Below, piece after piece: positions 26,862 through 35,700 of a stretch of DNA of 64,000 bases (positions are counted from its first letter, which is position 1; each line of letters opens with the position of its first letter). The translations under genes were made by a program, and so were the position numbers. Origin of the DNA: a virus. The DNA lies in the IMG/VR virus record IMGVR_UViG_3300009130_000002; one strand, written 5' to 3'. The notes beneath the pieces were generated by a model that was not told where the DNA came from, searched no databases, and was given only the letters and a program-made list of their open reading frames with translations.

Positions 26862-29800
26862 ATGGCTGATAGTAATGACGGCTTTAAAATTGTAGATAGT
26901 GCCTTCAGAAGAAAACCGGGAAGGAGTATTGTTGATCAACGTAACACTGGGTTTCGTGATTTAGGAACAGTTACAAATTCTGAAAGACAGCTTCAAAAAC
27001 AAATCGAATATTTGCAAAAGCAAATTCAAGTACAAAGAGGCCAAGGCGCTGCAGAGGGGGCAACTCTAGATTCTACCAGAAGTAGGGCAAAAGGGGCTAA
27101 GCAGTTATTTACAGCAGGCTTTAAGCAGGCCTGGACTAGTTTTTCTGAAGAGGATCAAGGTAGATTAAGAAGTATACTTGCAGGCGGTCCAAGTGCCTCA
27201 GTTCAACAGCAGTCTCGAATAAATCGAATACTTGATGCAGAAATGCGTCCTGGTCATAATTGGATACTTGGAAGAGATGGGAGCATTCCTGCCTCTGGTA
27301 TTGCAGAGATTCTAGAAAGAACTCTTTCTGGTGGTCCAGGAGGAATAGGTAATAACTCAAATTTACTCTTAAAATTAATTAGCGCACAATCATCAGCGAT
27401 GGCTCCCCTTGCTAAGGAAACAATAGCCAATGAGGGAAAGGTTCCACAGCTCCTAACAGTTCGAGAAGATTTAGAAAGGATGGGCTTTGATTCTTACATG
27501 AAACATATTCCGGTAGAGCAAGTTGCAACAACAAAGCAAAATGTAACGCTCCCTTCAAATATGTCTTCTCAGCAAAGAGCTGTATACAAGCAATTTGGTT
27601 ATTCCCCAGAAGAAATTCACGAAAGAAATAAAAGGTTTATTCCATCAATGGCAGAAGGTGCCATGAGAGAACTTACGAGATTAAAAGATAACGGAGATTT
27701 TCAGGTATCCTTTACAGAAATCCAACACGAAACAGATTCAAGAATCTCTACCCTTAGAGGCGAGATTCAGTACCAAGATACAACCTTGCAGTTTAGGCTC
27801 CCAAAACTAACAAGAAGCACAACCAAACTAGGTCACGATAAGTGGATTGGCTTTAGTGGGGACACTCAGTCAGTTAGAAGAATGTACCTGCCTTATGAGG
27901 TTATAGAAACACCAGGGGATTTCGCAGGTTCTACCTTTATGACAGCTGATGAGTTTTATTTGAAAACCATTAATGAGGAAATTATGCCCGCTCTAAGAGA
28001 AGGGAAAATGACGGGAGAGCAGGCAAGGCAGGCATTTAAGGATGCAAGACAAATACTTACAGATGCAGAGCTACCACTAGGAAGCTCATTTAATATAAGC
28101 CCAGCTCAACAAAACTTCGAGGCAGTTAGAAGTGGAGCATCTATTGTTGTTCAAAGAACTCCAGGTTCAAGAGTTGAATCCACAGGAGTCAAGAGAGCCT
28201 ATGAAAGATTGAATGCAACAGGTATCGCAAGCTTTATTGAGGCAAATGCAATAGGCCGTCCAGATAGAGTTTATACTGCAGATACTGGAAAGCTAGGACA
28301 AGGTGTTGTTTCTCGAATTGATTTAGCTGGCATGTCTGTAACTCCAGATGAGCTAGTTGAACATGCAGGATTGCATCAAGGAGTAAGAAAACCAACCCCA
28401 GCAAAAGAAGCTATACTTGAAGCTTATGACGAATATTCTGGTTCAAGAATAACAGATCTAGAACAACGACAAGATTGGATTCGTCAATTTTTTGTTGATG
28501 GCAACTATATGCATGGGGCCGAAATGGATATTCTAAAAAGGCAACAAACACAGTTTTCTGATAACCTCGCACAGAAAGCTGAAAGGGTTGCACATATCCA
28601 TAGGATGGCATCAGCTCCTGGCTTGTGGAACAATGTTACTGCTCAGGACGTAGAAACCTTAGTCTCAATTGCTTCAAATAAAGGAATCAGTATTGGTGAG
28701 TTAAAGGGAATGAGTGGCTCTATGGGGCTAACTCATGCTCCTAGGCACCTAGCAAAAAGAATTTTGGATGCTCCCTTTAGAGTGTCTTCTGCTGATGCAA
28801 GAAGGATGGCATTAACTGCAAGCACTCCAATGGAAAACAGGCTTAGTGGATTTGCGAAGCAACTGGGAACTGTTAGGCATGGCATGGGATCTGTAGGTTT
28901 TCTAGCATCAAGAAAAGAACAAAACGAAGTTCTTAATTTAATTAAGGGCATTAAAAAGGGAGATACTGACTGGAGAAATGTTGCAGCAGATACTGCACAT
29001 TTTGATTATGCTTTTCGCATTCTACAAAAAGAAGGAACGAATAACCAGCACGCTACAAGATTTTTAGAAGAATACCAATCACTATATAAAACTCCAAAAG
29101 GAGTTGCGGGTCAAGAAGACTTAAATCAGAAAGTCATGAAACTCTTAAGTGAACACGAGGGGATGGTTAATGTTGGAGCTTACTATATAGATGAATCAAA
29201 AGTTGCAGATGTAAGTAAAGTTCCATTTGGATCTGGTGGTGCAATACACGCTCCCTCAATGAAAAAATTAACAACTGTAGAAGTTGCTGATCAGATGAAG
29301 CTTTCCACTGTCCAAGCTGGTTTATTTAAAACGCAGGGGGATGAACTTATTTTTGATACAGATGTTTTCAAAACAAAGAAAGAAATCTTCTTAGGTTATG
29401 ATGCAGGGGGAGACGCCAGGGTTGTTACAAAAGATATGGTGGACTCAGGAGAGTTTCGCTTTATGCATGCTCGGTTAATTGGCAATAGAGATAACCCATT
29501 AATTCAGCTTGATTTCATTAGGAAGCTTACTCCAGAAGAATTGGTTAAGCTCCACGGGGATATAAAAACAGGTGCCCCAACTTTAGATAGCAATAAGGCA
29601 TATAGAAATGTAACTGATGAGATTGCCTCTACAGTTCAAAGTGCTAGAGGAAGAAGAGTTTTAAAAGATCGACGAATGCAATCAGATTTAATGACATTTT
29701 CTGATTCATTTAAAAAGGGGAAAAAGAGACAGCAGCATAACAGACAAATGCTAACAGCTATGGCTCAACATTCCCTGTCTCATTTGCAAGCTTGGCAAGG

Positions 29801-32729
29801 ATCAGGATTGGCAGCTAACAAAGGAGATTATATGAATAAGATCCTCACAGAAACAAACAGAGTTACCACCCAGATGTATGACTTCAATCAGGAAGTTTAT
29901 GGTAGAGCTGCTTTTTCTGGAGGAGATGAAGCTGCAAGAAGAAGATTTGACTTGAGAACTGGAGCAGCAACATTTGATCCTAGTATAGGTGATACGCAGC
30001 CCCGATGGAAAGCAACAGGAACATGGGCCCACAGAAAAGGAACCCAGGCTCTCATGGAGCACTTTTTAACTACGGGCATTAATCTTGGCTTGCAAGCTGG
30101 ACCAAGCCTTCCTGGAGGAATGGCTGCAGGGCTAGCAGATAGATCCCTACGCTACCTAGATGCTGATTACTTTTCGGAAGTCTTTGGTTTAGTTGGAACT
30201 CATTTTGGTGATGAAGAAGCCGAAGCAATGATGACCGAAGTTCTTGGAAGAAGAATAACAAAGGGCGGCCATACGGATACCATTGCAAATCAATTAACTA
30301 AAATGGGCTTAGAAGTTCAAGAATTTATGGATGCAAGCAAAACAGGAGTATCTGCTGGTTTGATTAGGCTTCAGTACGGAGATGCAATGTCTCAACAGGG
30401 AGCAGGCAAGATGGCAACCTTTGAGCCTCGCTTTTTGAATATTCTACAGAATCCTGCATTTGGAGATCACTCTCCAGAAGTTATCGAAGATATTCTTAAA
30501 AGAATGAGATGGTTTGATTCCTCATATCAAGGTCAAGGAAAATATGGGGTTCATCAAGAAACAGAAAAAATGCTAGCTTCTATGATAGGATTGAAAGCTC
30601 CGGTTACTGGAGAATCAGAAATATATAGACCTGATCTTAAGGTTACTGACACTTCTGAGATCATGGAGGATGTTAAAAGACTTGGAAAGATTGCAGAACG
30701 TGAAGGAAAAGAATTCTTCTTGCAAATGGGAGCTGATGCCCCAGTCTATTTACCTCCAGAGTCTATGCAGGGGATGGCTAGTGAAACGAGAGAAACTTTA
30801 ACTGGTCAGAAGATAACGACACAAGCTCAGTTAAAGCAACACATTCGAGGCTATGTTACTCAGCATATGGCTGCTTCAAGTGATGCAGAGAGAGATCAGG
30901 CAGCAAAGGCCCTGAAGATTGCAATTGGAAAAGAATGGGGAGAAGCTGGAGACGGAATGGGTGCTTGGCTTCGAAACAGAATTCCCGGAAGTCAGTTTCT
31001 TACAGCCAGCCGAGATCCTGTAACGCATGCAGGAACTGAGCGATTAGGAAATTTATTTGAAAATGTAATTTCAGTTAAAACTGCAGACAGAATGATGGAG
31101 CAGATGAGAGAAACAGGTCTCTATGCAGATAACGATATCGACTTGATGATGGAAAAACTTCTTAAGGGAGAAGCTATTTCAGGAATCCTTTTTCGTCACC
31201 CGGGTATTGGCCCTTACTCCATACAGAAGACTTCATTTCGGATTGCAGGGGAAATGCAGACAACAACGGAGATGGTTGATAACAAGAAAACAAGAGTAAA
31301 GAAATTTGTTCCTAACTACAGAGTTAAAGATTCAACCATCTATATGCCCGAAAACAGGATAGATCTTGACTTAGATATCTTAGATGAATCATACGAAAAT
31401 CTGGAACAAGGGGTTCGTCACCGCGTCTCTTCCAAAGTCATGCTTGGTCCAATGGTGGGTATGGCAGGTGATTATGATTTCGATATCACTGGTGCCATGT
31501 TCTTAGATCCTAAATTAGAAAAGAAGATTGGTCGTGAATTAGCAGGTGATTCAGATTATTTAAAAGGTTATGTTGAGCATCAGATAAGATTTCAATTACT
31601 CAAAGAGCAGTCTGGTCACATGGGTGATGACACAATTGATGCAATGTCAAAAAATGCAGACCTTCTTACGGACAGCGTTAAAGCACATATCCTTCAAGCA
31701 AGAAAGCTAGGTATTCAACAAGAAAGTATTGGAACAATCTCATCTCTGATCACAAGAACAAAGATGTCAGCTTTATCTCATCTGAAAGATGAAGAAATAG
31801 GCTCGATGATGACCTTGCTGGAATGGATTGAACAAAAGCCAATTGGATTTAAGCACGTTAAGTCACCAGATGAATTGCAAGCAAAGCTCACTTCTCTTAT
31901 TGCAGGATTTGAATCTGGGGATAGAGAGCAACTTGCCCGTGGTATCGGAGCATTCCTAGAGACGGAAGGAAGTCTCTTGCAAAACCAGAAGATAACCTTA
32001 ACTGATGAAAGCCGAGCTGCCTTAAAGGAAAAGACAGGTTTAGACATCAGCAAAGAGCTGCCAAAAATAGACATAGAGAGAACAATAAACTTGATGTCTT
32101 ACACTATACAAAGAGGTCATAAAGAAGGCTTGTTTAAGGAGATAAATGCTCAGAAAGGCAAAGGCGGGGCTAACAATGTAGAGAGAGAAGTTAGGAGGCT
32201 CATTCAAGAGGAAGCTGCGGGGCCTTCTTCAGGTGCTGCAAGGTTTGCTGAAAATGTAGACCAGGTTGCTTCTAACGTAATGAACGCAGCAGGAAAGGGA
32301 GGAATTCTTCACCATAGAGGAGTTCAAGCTCTTGCAGTGATTGGCGGAATCTCTGCTCTATCTGGAATGAATGCACAACCAAAAGAAATGGTTGGTCCTG
32401 GAAAGCAGTTTAATGCGAATGTTCAGATGAATATGAACAATAGTCGGAAAGCACATAAGAGAATGACTCCTCAAGATGTTAAACCTTCTAGGGCTCCAAT
32501 CGGAAATCCTACAGGTCCAAATATGCTTAGTCAAAGAAGAGCTATGATTGCGAGTCACCCTCCTCCAACAAATCAGTATCTAGTTCGTGCCAGAGCAAGC
32601 CATCCTGATGATATCTCTATCGTCTCTCAACAAATGAAAAGATACTCTATGGCTGGTGGTTCAGTCAATGTGAACTCAGGTTCTAGATCAATACAAAACC
32701 CATATGGAAATATGAATACTTCTTATTAA
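26862..32729 (+). CDS. Putative single-chain two-barrel (DPBB) RNA polymerase-like virion protein
   Basis: Ordered beta'-like motifs: LRNRIPGS (R at 30978), ILFRHPGIGPYSIQ (R at 31194), STIYMP, GMAGDYDFD (31470-31484). Candidate beta-like VKLHGDIK at 29544-29567. Embedded in the tail module between the TMP-like gene and the hub. Confidence 0.65.
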   Translation: MADSNDGFKIVDSAFRRKPGRSIVDQRNTGFRDLGTVTNSERQLQKQIEYLQKQIQVQRGQGAAEGATLDSTRSRAKGAKQLFTAGFKQAWTSFSEEDQGRLRSILAGGPSASVQQQSRINRILDAEMRPGHNWILGRDGSIPASGIAEILERTLSGGPGGIGNNSNLLLKLISAQSSAMAPLAKETIANEGKVPQLLTVREDLERMGFDSYMKHIPVEQVATTKQNVTLPSNMSSQQRAVYKQFGYSPEEIHERNKRFIPSMAEGAMRELTRLKDNGDFQVSFTEIQHETDSRISTLRGEIQYQDTTLQFRLPKLTRSTTKLGHDKWIGFSGDTQSVRRMYLPYEVIETPGDFAGSTFMTADEFYLKTINEEIMPALREGKMTGEQARQAFKDARQILTDAELPLGSSFNISPAQQNFEAVRSGASIVVQRTPGSRVESTGVKRAYERLNATGIASFIEANAIGRPDRVYTADTGKLGQGVVSRIDLAGMSVTPDELVEHAGLHQGVRKPTPAKEAILEAYDEYSGSRITDLEQRQDWIRQFFVDGNYMHGAEMDILKRQQTQFSDNLAQKAERVAHIHRMASAPGLWNNVTAQDVETLVSIASNKGISIGELKGMSGSMGLTHAPRHLAKRILDAPFRVSSADARRMALTASTPMENRLSGFAKQLGTVRHGMGSVGFLASRKEQNEVLNLIKGIKKGDTDWRNVAADTAHFDYAFRILQKEGTNNQHATRFLEEYQSLYKTPKGVAGQEDLNQKVMKLLSEHEGMVNVGAYYIDESKVADVSKVPFGSGGAIHAPSMKKLTTVEVADQMKLSTVQAGLFKTQGDELIFDTDVFKTKKEIFLGYDAGGDARVVTKDMVDSGEFRFMHARLIGNRDNPLIQLDFIRKLTPEELVKLHGDIKTGAPTLDSNKAYRNVTDEIASTVQSARGRRVLKDRRMQSDLMTFSDSFKKGKKRQQHNRQMLTAMAQHSLSHLQAWQGSGLAANKGDYMNKILTETNRVTTQMYDFNQEVYGRAAFSGGDEAARRRFDLRTGAATFDPSIGDTQPRWKATGTWAHRKGTQALMEHFLTTGINLGLQAGPSLPGGMAAGLADRSLRYLDADYFSEVFGLVGTHFGDEEAEAMMTEVLGRRITKGGHTDTIANQLTKMGLEVQEFMDASKTGVSAGLIRLQYGDAMSQQGAGKMATFEPRFLNILQNPAFGDHSPEVIEDILKRMRWFDSSYQGQGKYGVHQETEKMLASMIGLKAPVTGESEIYRPDLKVTDTSEIMEDVKRLGKIAEREGKEFFLQMGADAPVYLPPESMQGMASETRETLTGQKITTQAQLKQHIRGYVTQHMAASSDAERDQAAKALKIAIGKEWGEAGDGMGAWLRNRIPGSQFLTASRDPVTHAGTERLGNLFENVISVKTADRMMEQMRETGLYADNDIDLMMEKLLKGEAISGILFRHPGIGPYSIQKTSFRIAGEMQTTTEMVDNKKTRVKKFVPNYRVKDSTIYMPENRIDLDLDILDESYENLEQGVRHRVSSKVMLGPMVGMAGDYDFDITGAMFLDPKLEKKIGRELAGDSDYLKGYVEHQIRFQLLKEQSGHMGDDTIDAMSKNADLLTDSVKAHILQARKLGIQQESIGTISSLITRTKMSALSHLKDEEIGSMMTLLEWIEQKPIGFKHVKSPDELQAKLTSLIAGFESGDREQLARGIGAFLETEGSLLQNQKITLTDESRAALKEKTGLDISKELPKIDIERTINLMSYTIQRGHKEGLFKEINAQKGKGGANNVEREVRRLIQEEAAGPSSGAARFAENVDQVASNVMNAAGKGGILHHRGVQALAVIGGISALSGMNAQPKEMVGPGKQFNANVQMNMNNSRKAHKRMTPQDVKPSRAPIGNPTGPNMLSQRRAMIASHPPPTNQYLVRARASHPDDISIVSQQMKRYSMAGGSVNVNSGSRSIQNPYGNMNTSY

Positions 32730-32741
32730 AAGGAAATGATA

Positions 32742-35700
32742 ATGGCTGTTAACGATTTTTTTCAATTCAATGATTTGGTTTTAAATATCCCCCCTACGCA
32801 GATTCAGGTGGCAAAAATGAATCATGCAAATACTGTTGCTAACTTAAGAACTAGCTCTCAGGCAACTATCTGGTCAAGGAATTCAGATACTACTGTTAGG
32901 GTGCAAATGTTCTTTACGGATGATCCCGTAAGAACAGCACCAAATGTAGAGACAGAGGGCTTCGATGAGATTGATTTTAAAAGAACAGGGATTACACAGC
33001 TTAGGCATATGATGTCTCAAATAAGGGTTACTCCCTTTTGTTATATTAAAAATGAATTTATTCGTGCCTCTATACTGGGTGCAGAAGTTAATGACTCAAT
33101 GATGTTTGTGGTTAAGCACTTTTCAGTTAGCACAGCAAGCGATCCAAGCTCTAACTCTTATCTTCCAGGAGCAGTTTCGGTAGAGATAGACTTAAGTTAC
33201 TTTAACTATAGAGCTTATGTCACAAACCTCCTCTATAAAAAACATCCTTTTAGTTCCGAGTTTACAGAAGATCCATCGAAATCTTTATCTTGGATGTATA
33301 TGTATTTAGCAGAACAAGAAAAGAGAAACTATCTTCAGGCTACAACATTTGTTAATGAAACAAGTGGAGCCAATGACACTGTATTTAATTTTCATGAATT
33401 TACCTTGCTTCCGATCTCTCAGGTGTCAGATACAATTAAGCAAATAAAAAGAATTAAAAATAATTCTACTAGCGGAAGTGTACTTGCTGGAGAAAGGGAA
33501 AATGTTCAGATAACTGGAGAGGAAGGTTACTATACAGGGATATCAGATCTCGAAAGAGACCTGAATATGACTCATGTTGATCAAGAGAAAAACATTAAAA
33601 TTGAAGCCATTAATTCATATTTAAATACCTCAATGGTAAATGACCAGCCAAATTTTGAGCATATGCCAATGGAGGAAATGCTAACAGCTTTCCCTCAAAT
33701 CTTTATTCCTAAAATGGGGTGGGAGGTTTATAAACTATCTGATGGCAGCGTCTATAAACTTCCTAAAAATCCAACCAAAATTTTAAACCCCAAAGCAACC
33801 TCAGAGGGATTTGATGAGGACGACCTCATCCTTTTTTCAAGGCTAGTTGACTTCTCTTGCTTTGGTGAGGGCTTGCATATCCTAGGTGTAAATATTGGTG
33901 TTGGAAATAGGACTGTTCCTCTTCCGCTACTTGGTTCAGATGCACCAACTTATCAATACCTTGGTGGAAGCGATGCAACGGTATCAATTTCTTTTAAGAC
34001 TACAAACCCTCAAGCCGTCAAAAGAATTGTGGCGCTAGAGAGCTTGTGGCGTTCTCAAACCAATAGAATGAGGAAGCTTCCTCTTAAGCTAAGAAGAGTT
34101 AAAATCAGAAATGATCTCCTAAATTTATGTGGTTTACACCACTTCCTTATAGATTCAATAAGTGTTTCAACATCAGAGGGTGAGCCAGAATGCACTTATA
34201 TTCATCTAACTTTAACAGAGAAAGAGTTTGATGGTTCAAACGAGGGCTTCACTTACGAGAAGTTTAATTTTCAACCATCTCAGAAAATATTAAACGAAGT
34301 ATACAAGGTCTTTGATGACAAAATGTTCTTAATAGAGAATAGCTTTGCCAGTAATTTCTTGGACAACAGGATTAGTATGGTGTCTTGGATTAAACAGCCA
34401 AGCTTTTGGATGGATGGAGGGGTTCGATGGGGTGAAAACTTTGTTAACAGAGAAATGATTGGAACCGGTGGTGGTGATGTAGACGGAAATATAGATGCGG
34501 GTGAAAGCTCAACAATGGGGAGCTTCTCTACTGGCAATTTCCTGGGTTATGAATCTTATAAATTTGGAATAAAACAAAATAATCTAATCAAGAATTCGAA
34601 ATCTTATGCTCGGATTTACACTGTTAAAGACCCCTCTCCGCATAAACTATTTGAAAGTGTCTATAGGGATATGCTTATAGAATACTCAATAATCTTTAGT
34701 GACTTTGTAAGAGGTCTTATAGACTACCTGCAAGTTACCTCTTCTAGTTTTAATGCCCTTAATAATGTTGCTCGTGCACGAGGAATGGATACTTCCGAAT
34801 TTCATAGGCTGGGAGCAGAACTTGAAGCAAAGTTTAGCACTTTTCAAGCAGGTAGCGGAGCAGAACAATCAAGATTAGCTGTTGAATGGGAATATAAACG
34901 TTGGCGTTTAATTAAAGAATTAACAGATCAAAAATTCCTAGGGATTGAAAGAGCAAGAAAAGACGCACACCACATCCTCATAGATAACAGATATACGCTT
35001 GGGATCGAAGACTACTCTGCTAAAACTAGTGCTTCTTACTACAGGGGTCTCCTTGAAGGAGAGATAAACGACGCTGTAACAAATCTCTGGACTGGTCTTG
35101 GTATGTTAGGTGGTGCACTGGATGGTATGATGGGATCTAAGGTAGATCTCAATGCCACAGTCGATTACAACGAAGATGAGATGTGGAAAGATTTTGCACG
35201 ACAACCGTTTGTTGTTAAGTGGCAAGCAAAAAGAAATAAGTTTTTTAAAAGAATAGCTAATGATCGGAACTATCTAAAAATATTGGGAGATATGAATCCA
35301 GAAGTTTTAGAACTAATGGAAGAGCTAAATGGTCAAAAAGTAAATGAGGGTGTAAATGCATATCCTGATTTTCCAATGAAACACGTTACTTATCTCATGG
35401 AGAAATATTTTCCTTCTTCTTTTTCTAAGCTAAGAAAGAGATTGGGAGAAATAAATGGCCTTCTTAAAAGAGGTAAATTCGTAAGCATTCCAAGATTGTT
35501 TGGTCCTGATTTTTATTTCGAATCTGAAACTGCTCCACTGGATCAAGTGATTGGATTAAAAAAATTACAGACAGCCACCTCTATGATTAAGACTTCAAAT
35601 GCTTCAAAGCCTGAGGCTTACAATGATTACTTAACAGGAGTTTATAGAAGGCAAATTGGTCCGAGAACTGATGATGAAACATATAAGTTTAGACAAGAAA

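Noticed and set aside
26844-26864. Frameshift or readthrough fusing the TMP-like and RNAP-like ORFs
   Set aside because: It would need a +1 shift within a few codons (TAG at 26844-26846 in the downstream frame). No shift signal seen, and a usable RBS (GGAG) precedes ATG 26862.
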